A DNA stretch of 64,000 bases from a virus: positions 32,001-96,000 of IMG/VR virus record IMGVR_UViG_3300045049_000339, one strand, 5' to 3'. Below are positions 33,961 to 43,977 of this stretch, in pieces. How positions within the stretch are numbered: position 1 is the stretch's first letter; the number at the start of each line of letters is the position of its first letter. The notes under the pieces were generated by a model that did no database searches, was not told the DNA's origin, and saw only the letters and a list, made by a program, of their open reading frames with translations. Position numbers and translations under genes: made by a program.

Positions 33961-34707
33961 TTAATTCACCGTCTGTAGGAGGCCATTAACATAGCTGAAC
34001 GTGCGGTACCCCTGCTGGTAGCCACCGTTCTGCGAGGTCGTGTACTGGGCGATGTTGCTGATCTCAGGACCAGGGTTCGCGTAGTAGAGCAGCTCCCAGC
34101 GTGCTCCGTTGTCCTCCCAGGTTGTCTCGAAGTTGCCGGTGATGGTGCCGTCGAAAACTTGGAAGATGGAGCCGTACGCCTGCGCCGTCCACGTTGTTCC
34201 ATTGGTCGAGGTGGACGTGCCGGACGCCTGGTTCGACTTGTTCCACGTGTACTGGAAAGAGGCATTTCCGGCAGGCTGGGTGACCAACCAGTACGTGGTC
34301 GATGTGGAAAGGCCGGTCAGCGGCATCGGAAACATCATCAGCGCCGGTCCGGGGTTCACGTACTCGGCCGTCGCCTGCACCGTGAGAAGCGCGGCGCCAG
34401 TCGGTGCACCGGCCGAATTCGCGTAGATCCCGATCGTCATGGCGCCGAGGTTGGCCCCCAGCGCCGTGTTCGCCGACAAACCCAGCACAACCCGGCCGAT
34501 GGTCGTCGCGCTGCCCGTACTGAAGGACTGCGCGACCCACGTGCCGTTGCTGGCCGTGCCACCGGAACCGGCCGTCGTCTGGCTGGCGATCTGGCTACCG
34601 GCATAGATGAACTGCGTCTTGTGGATTCCGAGGTGCGAGTTCGGCTGCTGGGCGAGCGGGGGCTGCCCGGAGGTAGCCCCCAGCCACGTGTTCGTCGTAA
34701 CGGCCAT
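33961..34707 (-). CDS. minor tail protein (paralog of 36181-36936)
   Basis: Start MAVTTNTW at 34707 coupled to the upstream stop; WVAQSF, YWLV, WEDNGARW motifs. Confidence 0.75.
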   Translation of the reverse strand: MAVTTNTWLGATSGQPPLAQQPNSHLGIHKTQFIYAGSQIASQTTAGSGGTASNGTWVAQSFSTGSATTIGRVVLGLSANTALGANLGAMTIGIYANSAGAPTGAALLTVQATAEYVNPGPALMMFPMPLTGLSTSTTYWLVTQPAGNASFQYTWNKSNQASGTSTSTNGTTWTAQAYGSIFQVFDGTITGNFETTWEDNGARWELLYYANPGPEISNIAQYTTSQNGGYQQGYRTFSYVNGLLQTVN

Positions 34708-36179
34708 TACTTCACCCGGGTCAGGCGCAGGTAGCTGCCCGCCGACAGCGTCGTGGTGCCCGCCGACACGCCGAGCGTCAGCGTCAGCGAACCGGCCGTT
34801 GTCGAGGTGACGAGGAGGCCCTTGAAGAACGCCATCCTGGTGCCCGCGTTCGACGCGTAGCTGTTGTTCGTCGCGCCGATCGTCGAGCTGTAGTCGAGCG
34901 ACGCGCCGGTGTCGTTCCACTGCATCGTGGCGCCGGTCGGGCCGGTCCACGACGGTGTGGTGCTGCCGGTGGTGTTGGAGAAGATCAGGGCCGCTTCCAT
35001 CACGTAGGTGGCGCTCGCCGCTACCGTGAGGGTGACCGGAGTCGCCGTCTGCGTGGCGGAGGTGAAAGTGGGGTTGGTGGCGAGTTGAAAAAAGCCGTCC
35101 ACGAGCGAGCGCACATTGCCTGAGGTGTCGCGCAGTTTCAGCGGATGGGCCGTGCTCGACTCGGAGTAGACCGTGCTGCCTGCGGTCGGGCTGGTCGTCG
35201 GCACCGTCGTGGCGTCGGCTAGCTGGAACTCTCCCGCACCGTTGTCGCCGAGCGGCGTGGTCGAGCCCACCAGCAGGTTCGTGGAGACGCCGAAGTTCCC
35301 GCCGACCAGGTATGCCTTGTTGAGGTCCGTCGTGCCGCTGTTCGGCCATGCGTTGAAGAAGATTGGGCCGATCGCGCCGTTGTCCTGGATGTTCGCGGTG
35401 ACGCCGCCCTGCAACGTGCCACCGAACAGCGACGGCGCGATGACACCGGAACTGATCTTCAAGTTGATGTTGTTCGTGTCGCAATACGGGTTGAACAGCA
35501 TCGTGCCGTGCGCGGCGGTGTCCAGCCAGATTCCATTGCCAGCAGCCGACTCCACATCGGAGCGGATGATCGTGGTGGAGTGACTGTTCGCGATGTAGAT
35601 GCCGGAGCTGTTGACGTCGTCGCCCTGCGGGATGCACCGGGTGTTGTCGATGGTGTTCGCGTGCGCACTAGCCAAGATGGTGATGCCCGTGGACGACGCG
35701 CCGCCGTAGCCGATTCGGGAGTCACGAACCACGTTGTAGTGGCACGTCGAGGCGTTGAACTTGACGCCCACCAGTGGGTTGACCCCGGATGCGCCGCCAC
35801 CGTCCACCAGAACGCGCTCGATGACGCTCGTGTTGCAGCCGGACCAGTCCAAAGCCGTGCCGAGGTGGGAGGCGTTCGTCTGGGAGATGCGGATGTCCCG
35901 CAGGAAACACCGGATGTTCCCGGTCGGCGCGATCGCGGTGGCGACCACGTTGCCGTCGTACTGGATCTGCGACCCCCAGCCGGTACCCATGATGACCGTG
36001 CCGTTGATCGACGGAGCCAAAGTGGATGTGATCTTGTACTGTCCAGGCGGGAACAGAATCGCCTGCCCGTTCGTGGCCACCGCCGCCAGCGCGGAGTTGA
36101 TCGCAGACGTGTCGTCGTTGCTCCCGTTGCCCAGCGCCCCGTAGTCCTGCGGCGTCACATAGCCAGCCAGGTACGCCAC
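34707..36179 (-). CDS. tailspike / pectate-lyase-like beta-helix protein
   Basis: PQDYGALGNGSNDDTSAINSAL, ILFPPGQY, parallel beta-helix repeats. Confidence 0.85.
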   Translation of the reverse strand: MAYLAGYVTPQDYGALGNGSNDDTSAINSALAAVATNGQAILFPPGQYKITSTLAPSINGTVIMGTGWGSQIQYDGNVVATAIAPTGNIRCFLRDIRISQTNASHLGTALDWSGCNTSVIERVLVDGGGASGVNPLVGVKFNASTCHYNVVRDSRIGYGGASSTGITILASAHANTIDNTRCIPQGDDVNSSGIYIANSHSTTIIRSDVESAAGNGIWLDTAAHGTMLFNPYCDTNNINLKISSGVIAPSLFGGTLQGGVTANIQDNGAIGPIFFNAWPNSGTTDLNKAYLVGGNFGVSTNLLVGSTTPLGDNGAGEFQLADATTVPTTSPTAGSTVYSESSTAHPLKLRDTSGNVRSLVDGFFQLATNPTFTSATQTATPVTLTVAASATYVMEAALIFSNTTGSTTPSWTGPTGATMQWNDTGASLDYSSTIGATNNSYASNAGTRMAFFKGLLVTSTTAGSLTLTLGVSAGTTTLSAGSYLRLTRVK

Positions 36180-36180
36180 G

Positions 36181-36936
36181 TCAGCTCACCCCTGTCAGGA
36201 TTCCGTTCGTGTACGACAAAGTACCCGAGGACTGAATGTATCCGCCACCAGGTGCGGTGACGAACTCGCTGACCGTGCTGACCTCACCCAGCGAGTTGTA
36301 CGTGAGCTGAATGAACCGCGCGCCGTTGTCCTCGAAAATCGTGGAGACGTTCCCCGACGACGTCTGGTCCAGCACCTGGTACATCATCCCGAAGTTCTGG
36401 AAGGTCCACACAGTGCCGTCCGGAGACGTCGACACACCACTGGTCTGGTTGGACTGCTGCCACGTGTAGTAGTGCGAGGACGAACCGACCAGATTGGTGA
36501 CAATGTGGTACTGCGTCGAGGCGGACAAACCGGTGGCTGGAAGCGGAATTGAGACCCAGAACGGCGCCGAGTAAACGTAGTTGTTGCTGATCGTCGTCGA
36601 GGCCAGCGCAGTGCCCGTGGGGAAGCCGCTGCCGTCCGCATACAGGCCCACCGTCAGAACCGGGATCAGGTTCAGCGTCGGGGAACCGCCTACGGCGGAA
36701 AGCTGCAAGTTCACACTGCCGATGGCCGTCTGTGCTGCGCCGGTTACGATCGTCTGCGACACCCAGTTGTTCTGGGTGCCCTGGTAGACACCGGAACCGG
36801 TCGCCTGCTGCGTGACGATCTTGCCGCCGGAATACAGGAACGTGCAGTTGTGCGACCCGATGAGCTGGTTGGCGAAACCGGAGTTCGCCGGAGTACCAGC
36901 CGCGAAAGACTGATACGTGGGAGTGTTCGAGGCCAC
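36181..36936 (-). CDS. minor tail protein
   Basis: S/T/G-rich beta protein; FEDNGARF motif shared with 33961-34707. Confidence 0.75.
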   Translation of the reverse strand: MASNTPTYQSFAAGTPANSGFANQLIGSHNCTFLYSGGKIVTQQATGSGVYQGTQNNWVSQTIVTGAAQTAIGSVNLQLSAVGGSPTLNLIPVLTVGLYADGSGFPTGTALASTTISNNYVYSAPFWVSIPLPATGLSASTQYHIVTNLVGSSSHYYTWQQSNQTSGVSTSPDGTVWTFQNFGMMYQVLDQTSSGNVSTIFEDNGARFIQLTYNSLGEVSTVSEFVTAPGGGYIQSSGTLSYTNGILTGVS

Positions 36937-36940
36937 CGGC

Positions 36941-37528
36941 TCACATCCCGGCGATAGCGAAAGACGTCTGGAGGATCAGCGTGTTCGTCGTCGGAACGGT
37001 GATGGTCGCTCCGAAGACGAAGTGATCCAGCAGCGACCCGGAATTCGTCGAGGAAGAGGCGTTGCAGAACACCCCGGCCTCGGTGATCGACCACGTCACC
37101 GAGGGAGCCGGGAAGTAGAACAGCCAGGTGGCCTGAGCACTGATCGTCGCCGTGGCCGGAGAGGACGCACCGGCTCCCACGGTCTCTCTGGACAGCTCAG
37201 AGAAGAGCTGCGTGTCCGTGCTGGCTGTCGTGCCCGTACCGGTCCCCACGGCGCCGTAGAGCGGCGTCAAGTACGTCGGGGTGGTCACACCGAGGTTGGC
37301 CGCCTGGTCCTGGATTCCGGACCAGGAGATCGCACCGACCAGAACCGACAGACCAGCCGTGCACATGGTGTTGTCACCGGAGAGCTGGTCATTGATGACG
37401 TTGTCTGGCGGATTCAGCATCAGTGCGGTGTTGTGGCGGTGCGCCTGGAACCACTCGGTGTCGACCGTGGTGAGTGTGAGGTGGCCGTTGAAGGAGAAAC
37501 TGCCCTGATGGGCAAGGATGCTAGCCAT
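36941..37528 (-). CDS. tail fibre attachment / collar-like protein
   Basis: AVGTGTGTTASTDTQLFSELSR, ITEAGVF, LLDHFVF motifs typical of tail-fibre N-terminal proteins. Confidence 0.7.
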   Translation of the reverse strand: MASILAHQGSFSFNGHLTLTTVDTEWFQAHRHNTALMLNPPDNVINDQLSGDNTMCTAGLSVLVGAISWSGIQDQAANLGVTTPTYLTPLYGAVGTGTGTTASTDTQLFSELSRETVGAGASSPATATISAQATWLFYFPAPSVTWSITEAGVFCNASSSTNSGSLLDHFVFGATITVPTTNTLILQTSFAIAGM

Positions 37529-38045
37529 GTTGACGCTCCCTGTCACAGGCACGGCAGTATCGACTCGTGCGACCAGTCCTCTGGTTTGTGTAGATCCTAG
37601 TGTTCTCGGCGTCGTACTCATGCCCTTTGGGGCAGCAAGTCTTCTTGCTGTTTCTGGGGGTGATGTACGGCAATGCCCGTCTAACATTCTCACGATGCGA
37701 AACGGGATCAAGATGGTATGGGTTAACGCACTTTGCATTTCTACAAAGATGATCTAGTTCAAGCCCCATCGGAACCGGCCCGATGTGGTGCTCGTAGGAA
37801 AATCTATGCGCTGCAACGAGTCCATCGGACGGACCAGAAAAGAACTTTCCATACCCCTTGCCGTCGCAGGAGGCAGACCATATCCAGCAGTCACCAACTT
37901 GCTGGACTTTCTCGAAGAATCTCTCAAGCTGGGACTTCCCCAATTTCTTGGGGATTGCCGCCCGGCGTTGAGCCTGGTAATGCTTGTCGCAGAGACCCTT
38001 GCGAATGCGCTCGGTGACTTCCCGGCACTGCTGACAGACTGGCAT
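37521..38045 (-). CDS. HNH homing endonuclease
   Basis: ERFFEKV, DCWIW, GYGKF, AHRFSYE, ELDHLCRNAKCVNPYHL, KTCCPKGH. Confidence 0.88.
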   Translation of the reverse strand: MPVCQQCREVTERIRKGLCDKHYQAQRRAAIPKKLGKSQLERFFEKVQQVGDCWIWSASCDGKGYGKFFSGPSDGLVAAHRFSYEHHIGPVPMGLELDHLCRNAKCVNPYHLDPVSHRENVRRALPYITPRNSKKTCCPKGHEYDAENTRIYTNQRTGRTSRYCRACDRERQHG

Positions 38046-38059
38046 GGCCAGAGCATAAG

Positions 38060-38282
38060 CTAAGACCACGCTACAGTCGACCACGTCACCTGATCCCATC
38101 CCTGGTTCGTGGTCACAGTACCAGTGACGGATGCCTCTGACATGGTGCTGGTCTCGTCCACTTCGCCGATGACACCGGTACCGGTGATGGTCGTATCGCC
38201 CTGCGTCGCCTGCTGGAGACCGCCGTTGAGCGTCCCCAAAATGTCGACAAAGGTGCTAATACGCCCGGAAAACTCCGGGCAT
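38060..38282 (-). pseudogene. small minor-tail gene split by an early stop and frameshift
   Basis: GGAGGTG RBS, ATG, MPGVFRAY-TAG; coding-like sequence continues in the +1 frame (TFVDILGTLNGG...WDQVTWSTVAWS-TAG) with no start codon near that RBS. Confidence 0.6.
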
Positions 38283-38303
38283 CAAATCACCTCCTCTACG
38301 GCG

Positions 38304-39716
38304 TCAGACTCTGATCGCCGTGATCTGCGCCTGGCGATAACCGCCCTGGCTCACGAAGTTCACGCTGTTCCCGATGACGATGAAGGTATCCGTCAAGCCC
38401 CAGGAGTAGTTGTTCTGGGAGTTCGGGACCAGCGTCGTGGAAATCGTGCACGTCTCACCGGCACGCACCCACCCGAGGAAATCCTCCGAGGTGTTGAACG
38501 TGATGCGCTCGGCGGCGAAGGCGTACTCCTGCCGCTCACGCATCGCCCTTGACAGCGCCATGGGCGTCGTGATCAGCGACGTGTCGTTGATGTACTCCTC
38601 GTAGATGCCACGGTTCGGGCCGTTGTAGGTGTGCTGGGACGGGGTGTCGTTGGCCTGCGCGATAATCGGGATTTGGTAGTTGTACCAAATCTGAATACGC
38701 GTGCCGGAAGCCGGAGCGGTGCTGTTGCCGAGGTACCAACCGCCGAAGGAGTTCTGAGTGACGATCCAGCCGCTCGGAGTCGTCCCGGTGCTACCGGCCT
38801 GGATAACGGTCACCGGCTTGATCACGCCGTTGACCTTCAAGACCGGGTTGCCGGTCACCGTATACCGCAGACCCCAGGTGGTGGTGTTGCCGTCACCGAG
38901 CCAGGAACCGGTCGGATTCCCCGTCGGATTGGTCGAGGTGCCGCTGAAGGAGATGGTCTGGTTGGCGCCCTGCACGAGGATCTTGTTGCGGATCGACGTG
39001 CCGTCCCATTCGTAACCGAACTGGCCGTCCAGCAGGATGTGCCCCTGTGTGGTGTTGCCGCCGGACGTGGGCGTCGTGGTGAACGTGACGCCGGAAGCGA
39101 TGGCCGTAGTGGCGTCATAGAAGTGGAAATTGCGGTTCTCGTCGACATACCAGCCGTACGGGGTGACCTGGCTGGCGAGCTGGGAGAGCTTGCGCCATGC
39201 CTCGGAGAGCGTCGTGTAATTCAGGACGAAGCTGGAGAGCGTGGGACCGGGCGCGACGAAGCCGCCGTCCGCGATCCGCTTGGCCGTGATGCCGCAGTTC
39301 GCCTGCTGCGTCAGCTTGACGATGATCTGGTCCACGGTGAGGCCATAGAACTGCCCGGCCACGACCACGTTGTCAGCGTAGAACGTGTAGTCCGTGCACG
39401 ACAGGTTCCACTCGTTGCGGTTCGGACCGGTGACAGCCAGGGTCGGATCGTTGACAACTCCGGCGAACAAGGTAACAGCCGCGATGTTGTCGTAGAGCTT
39501 CACCTGACTGAGCACAGGGATGTAGAAGTTCGGGTGCGTCTGTCCTTGCCAGTCGTCCACCAGGGGTATCGTCGCAGTATCCCCCTGGCGGCCGAAATTC
39601 TGGCGGATGGACATCTGCCCGCTTGCACCAGCCCACGCCATGTTGTTGGTGTAGTTGGTCGCCGTCCCGTTGGGCGGTGTGATGGTGAGGGTCAGATTCG
39701 GAGTGGAAATCGGCAC
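38304..39716 (-). CDS. minor tail / baseplate hub protein
   Basis: Immediately downstream of the tape measure; LFAGVV, WYVDENRNFHFY, IRNKILVQG. Confidence 0.75.
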   Translation of the reverse strand: MPISTPNLTLTITPPNGTATNYTNNMAWAGASGQMSIRQNFGRQGDTATIPLVDDWQGQTHPNFYIPVLSQVKLYDNIAAVTLFAGVVNDPTLAVTGPNRNEWNLSCTDYTFYADNVVVAGQFYGLTVDQIIVKLTQQANCGITAKRIADGGFVAPGPTLSSFVLNYTTLSEAWRKLSQLASQVTPYGWYVDENRNFHFYDATTAIASGVTFTTTPTSGGNTTQGHILLDGQFGYEWDGTSIRNKILVQGANQTISFSGTSTNPTGNPTGSWLGDGNTTTWGLRYTVTGNPVLKVNGVIKPVTVIQAGSTGTTPSGWIVTQNSFGGWYLGNSTAPASGTRIQIWYNYQIPIIAQANDTPSQHTYNGPNRGIYEEYINDTSLITTPMALSRAMRERQEYAFAAERITFNTSEDFLGWVRAGETCTISTTLVPNSQNNYSWGLTDTFIVIGNSVNFVSQGGYRQAQITAIRV

Positions 39717-39725
39717 CTGAACCCC

Positions 39726-42700
39726 TTAGAACTTGGACCGGTATCCGCCGGACGGCAGAACGACGGTAGCGAGGCGCTTTTCAACCTTCTGGATCAGCGC
39801 CTCCACGTCACGGTCGTTCATGATCTTGGCTTCGCGCAGATCGAAGTGAATGCTGACGGACGGAGCGCCGCCACCAGCGCCCATCACACCACCGGCCACG
39901 GTGAATCCGCCACCGAGGGTCATGCTGGTGTTAAGCGTGGACTTCGCCTGTGCCGTGAGACCGGCAGAAAGCGCCGCGACGGCACTCTTGGCCACGTGGG
40001 CGTGGTCGTTGACGCCTTTAGCGATGCCGTGCGGAATCCATTTGCCGATCTCTTCGGCGAACAGCTTCGATGGCGAACCGATGCCGAGGAAAGACTTGGC
40101 CGCATTCAGGGCGTCATTGGCGAGGCCCTTGATCTTGTCCATCAGCCAGCTTGCCGCACTGGAAATACCGTTGATAATGCCAGTGACAATGTCCTGGCCG
40201 ACCTGAAGGAATCCCTTCACGAATCCGACCAGCCAGTGCCACCCGTCGATGAGCGGCTGAATGATCCAGTGCTTGATCAGGGACCAGGCTGCCTTGACCG
40301 TGATCAAGATGCCCTTCCAGGTGGAATCCAAAATCCACGAGATAAAGTGGACAATTGGCTGTATTTGCTGCCAGACCCACTTCATTGGCTGAATGATAAA
40401 TTCTTTGATCAAATTCCAGGCAGCCTGGGCAGTCATCTTTATGCCATTCCAGGTCTGCTGGAAAAACCACTTGATTCCATTCCACACCGCTTTTGCCACG
40501 GAGACAATTTGCGAGTGGAAATGATTCCAAATAGCCATCAGAACCGCGATCGGCGTCGCGAAAATGACCAGCAGAAGTGGCCACCATTTCTTGAAGAATC
40601 CGGTGATTCCGTCCCAGACCTCGGATGTCACCTTTGCGATGTCATTCCAGATCGAAGACAGGAATCCCCAGACCGCTTTCGCTGCGGCAACCACTGCATT
40701 CCATGCGGCCTGGAGTCCGTGCCAGGCAGCCTCCGCCGCCTTGACGACCCACTTGAAAGCAGCGACTACTGCGGAAATGGCAACCCTGACGGCCGTTTCA
40801 ACACCCTTCATAACCGCCATCACCACTTCGCGGAAAGTCTTGAAGTGGGTCCAGCAGTAAATCAGGATGAGGATGATCGCAGAAATGATGGCGACGACCG
40901 GATTCGCTTCGAGGAGCATCATGACGCCCTCGAAGATTTCAATGGCCATCGTGACCGCCTTGACCGCGCCGATAACGGCGAGGAGGGCGGCAGCCACCTT
41001 GAACGCCGTGGCGACCAGGGTCTGGTGCTGCTGCACCCACTTCATGATCGGGCCGACAACCTGATTGATCGCCTTCGCGATACTCACAACCGCCGGAAGC
41101 AGCGCCGTGCCGATGGCGATGCCGGTGTTCGTGATGGACGCCTTGAGGGCGTTCATCTGGTATCCGGCCGTCTTCTGCACGTCGGCGAAGCCCTTGACGC
41201 GTCCGTGCGCGTCGGCTGAAGCCGCGCCGATATTCGCAATCGCCTTGGCGGTTTCCGCAGAGTTCTTGCCGGTGGTCTCCAGCATCACGTTCAAACCGGC
41301 GGCCGTGCCGATGGTCGCCTTGAGCGCCCCGGCGTACGTCTGACCGATCTTCGGAGCACCAGCGGCGGCCTGCTTGGCGAGCCAGTCTAGCGTGCCACCA
41401 AGGCCACGGGAGGAAAGGCTGTTGGTGACATCCTGGGTGCTGATTCCCAGGGCTTTCCACTCCTTCTCCATGGCCTTCGAGGGGCCTTCGAGGGAGCGGA
41501 TCGCCATGGCCAGGTTCTGCGACGCACGCTGTGCCGTGACGCCGTGCGAGGTCATTTCAGCGAGCACACCGGCCACGTCGTTGAACTTGATGCCGACGGC
41601 AGAAGCAATCGGCAGCACGTTCGCCATGGAGGCGGACATCGTCTGGAAGTTCGCCTTGCCGGAGGACACCGCCGCGACAAGCTGGGAGGTGACATTCGCG
41701 GCGTCGGAACCGGACTTGTGGTAGTCCTTCAGAATGTCGGTGACGGCATTGGCCACCGTGCCGAAATCCGAGCCTTCGAGCTGCGCGCCCTCTGTGGACG
41801 CCCGAAGGACGTCCATGCCGCCATGCGCGGCGTCGAATCCAGCAGCCTCCACCGTGTACATCGACTTGGCGAGATCATTCGCCGACGTACCAGTCTGCTG
41901 TGCCACCTGCATGATTCCGGAGCGCACCTGACCGAGGGCGCTCTGTGACTCACCGGCTGTCGTTACCAGACGCTGGGTGAGCGTCTGGAAGTTCATGGCC
42001 GACTTGATCGACTCGTAGCCGATTCCGGCGACTACGGCAGCGCCCATGAAGGCCGCGTTCTTGGCCTTCGCCATACTTGCGGCATTGCGCTCATTCGAGA
42101 CAGCGGCCTTGTCGCTGGCGCCGCCTTCTTTCAGAGCTGCCGCTGCGGCAAGCTCTTCTTTGGCCGCCACATCACCAGCGGCAGCGGCCGTGCGCAGTTG
42201 CACCTCTGCGAGACGCGCCTGCGCAGCCTCCGCCTCGCGGGAGGCCGCTGCGACATTCCGCTCGGCCTTGGAGAGGCGCTCAGCGGCTGCCGAGGCGTCC
42301 GCCTGGGTGACGAGGCCGGACTGATCCTTCTGTGCGGCGGCAAGCTCTTTCGCCGTGATGGAGGCTTCCCGCTGTGCGATGGACAATTTCTCCATCGCGC
42401 TGGCAAGAAGATCGCCCTGGATCTTCTCCTGTTTGAAGGTGGTGACGACTTCCTTCGCGCGCCCCAGCTCATTTGCCGCCGCTGTGGCACGCTCCTGTGC
42501 GGCTGTCACTCGATCGGCGGCAGCCGCCAGTTCGTCCTCGGTGGCGATGGCCTCACGGGCTCCGAGAAGCTGTTGCTCAGCGGCAGCCTGCTCTCGGGTG
42601 GCTGCCGCCAACTTCTCCTGCGCCGTAGAGGCACGCGCAGCCGCCAGATCCAAGGCGTCGGCGCCGGACGCGCTCTGGAGCATGCTGGAGTCCATGGTGG

Positions 42701-42845
42701 CTCCAGCACTCTCCGCTGCCCTCGCGGCCATCTCGGCAGCGTCGGCCGTAGCGCCGAAGCTCTCCGAGATGCGCCCCAGAACGCTTGAAACAAGGTCGAC
42801 GCCCTTGATGGTCGCGAGAATCGAAATAGCCTCAGTGAGAGCCAC
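39726..42845 (-). CDS. tape measure protein (TP901-type core)
   Basis: 1039 aa, Ala-rich helical, Trp-periodic repeats, GIGSPSKLF motif. Confidence 0.92.
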   Translation of the reverse strand: MALTEAISILATIKGVDLVSSVLGRISESFGATADAAEMAARAAESAGATMDSSMLQSASGADALDLAAARASTAQEKLAAATREQAAAEQQLLGAREAIATEDELAAAADRVTAAQERATAAANELGRAKEVVTTFKQEKIQGDLLASAMEKLSIAQREASITAKELAAAQKDQSGLVTQADASAAAERLSKAERNVAAASREAEAAQARLAEVQLRTAAAAGDVAAKEELAAAAALKEGGASDKAAVSNERNAASMAKAKNAAFMGAAVVAGIGYESIKSAMNFQTLTQRLVTTAGESQSALGQVRSGIMQVAQQTGTSANDLAKSMYTVEAAGFDAAHGGMDVLRASTEGAQLEGSDFGTVANAVTDILKDYHKSGSDAANVTSQLVAAVSSGKANFQTMSASMANVLPIASAVGIKFNDVAGVLAEMTSHGVTAQRASQNLAMAIRSLEGPSKAMEKEWKALGISTQDVTNSLSSRGLGGTLDWLAKQAAAGAPKIGQTYAGALKATIGTAAGLNVMLETTGKNSAETAKAIANIGAASADAHGRVKGFADVQKTAGYQMNALKASITNTGIAIGTALLPAVVSIAKAINQVVGPIMKWVQQHQTLVATAFKVAAALLAVIGAVKAVTMAIEIFEGVMMLLEANPVVAIISAIILILIYCWTHFKTFREVVMAVMKGVETAVRVAISAVVAAFKWVVKAAEAAWHGLQAAWNAVVAAAKAVWGFLSSIWNDIAKVTSEVWDGITGFFKKWWPLLLVIFATPIAVLMAIWNHFHSQIVSVAKAVWNGIKWFFQQTWNGIKMTAQAAWNLIKEFIIQPMKWVWQQIQPIVHFISWILDSTWKGILITVKAAWSLIKHWIIQPLIDGWHWLVGFVKGFLQVGQDIVTGIINGISSAASWLMDKIKGLANDALNAAKSFLGIGSPSKLFAEEIGKWIPHGIAKGVNDHAHVAKSAVAALSAGLTAQAKSTLNTSMTLGGGFTVAGGVMGAGGGAPSVSIHFDLREAKIMNDRDVEALIQKVEKRLATVVLPSGGYRSKF

Positions 42846-42967
42846 TCTGACGCCTCCGATGCTCTTCCTCGCGCCGAATCATCTGCATATAGAAGATGAT
42901 TTCTTCGGCTTCACGCCAAGGCAGTTGCCGGAACTCCTCAAGGGACATTCCGATTTGGTCTTTAAGC

Positions 42968-43402
42968 TCACGCCTCAAGAGGAACGTCGAGAAGCTCGGC
43001 GGACCCGCCGTCCCCATCCGAATCGCCGCTGACGTCTTCAACAGGAAACTGACGCTGCTCCTGCGGCGACAGATCCTGGTTCTGGCCGTCCACGACGTCC
43101 CAGAGCTGGTCGAAAATGCCAACCGGAAGCATCTGCACGTGCTTCAGATCGACCGGCCACACCACGCCGTTGTCGTCGTCGAGGTTCCACGCCTTGATGG
43201 ACGCCAGCAGCATCTGCTGACGGTAGCGCGCAACGTCCGGAGTCGGGGTGGCCACGCCCTTGACCATGACGACCTTGGAAAGGCAGCGCTCCGCCTCTTC
43301 CTTGGCGCCCTGGGAGACGTAGTCGTGCAGATCGACCCAGTAGTTGCGCGCCTCGTCGATGACGATCCGGCGCGAACCCTCGTAGACAGAAAGGAATCCC
43401 AT
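42968..43402 (-). CDS. tail assembly chaperone (with probable frameshifted extension to 42832)
   Basis: Position between tail tube and TMP; IKAWNLDDDNG motif; overlapping downstream ORF. Confidence 0.8.
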   Translation of the reverse strand: MGFLSVYEGSRRIVIDEARNYWVDLHDYVSQGAKEEAERCLSKVVMVKGVATPTPDVARYRQQMLLASIKAWNLDDDNGVVWPVDLKHVQMLPVGIFDQLWDVVDGQNQDLSPQEQRQFPVEDVSGDSDGDGGSAELLDVPLEA

Positions 43403-43411
43403 GTTCTCCCC

Positions 43412-43945
43412 TTAATTTTTCTCGTGCTTCCGCTGGTAGTGTTCACGGACGCGCTTCCGGGAACACTCCTTGCAGATGCGTGCCCCGGTCTTCTGCCTCC
43501 AGACGTTCTCCTCAGAGAGAAGATGCCCATGGATGCAGTGGGTTTTGTCTGCGTAGGCTCTGCGCATGTTTTCGAGATGGGTCACGGCTTCCAGGTGGTC
43601 TGGACGCACGCAACTACGATTCTTGCAGAGATGGTCAATCTCCAGGCCATCTTCGATAGGGCCATTGATCAGCTCATAAGAGAACCTATGGGCTATGACG
43701 TGGGTTTTTCCCAGCCGGAACAGCCCGTAGCCGTTTCTATCGGCATGACCTTCGTAGATCCAGCACTGGTCAGTCTTCCGGACCTTGGGCCAGAATCGCA
43801 GCGCTGGATCTACGTTGTGGAGCCGGAGTGGAACATCAGCCCGAACATCACCAGTCTGGAACCAGCGCATGTAATGCGCCAAGCACCAGCCCTTGGATCG
43901 CACTGGACGGTTGCACGTCTCCACGGAGCACTCAACTTGTGTCAC
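43412..43945 (-). CDS. HNH homing endonuclease
   Basis: RFWPKV, CWIY, GYGLF, AHRFSYE, IDHLCKNRSCVRPDHL, KTHCIHGH. Confidence 0.88.
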   Translation of the reverse strand: MTQVECSVETCNRPVRSKGWCLAHYMRWFQTGDVRADVPLRLHNVDPALRFWPKVRKTDQCWIYEGHADRNGYGLFRLGKTHVIAHRFSYELINGPIEDGLEIDHLCKNRSCVRPDHLEAVTHLENMRRAYADKTHCIHGHLLSEENVWRQKTGARICKECSRKRVREHYQRKHEKN

Positions 43946-43977
43946 GAAGGAATGATAACACGAGTTAAGTGTACGAA

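Noticed and set aside
33961-35637. 558-aa ORF as listed
   Set aside because: Only the last 248 codons (from ATG 34707) look coding; the upstream part is an alternative frame of the tailspike gene.
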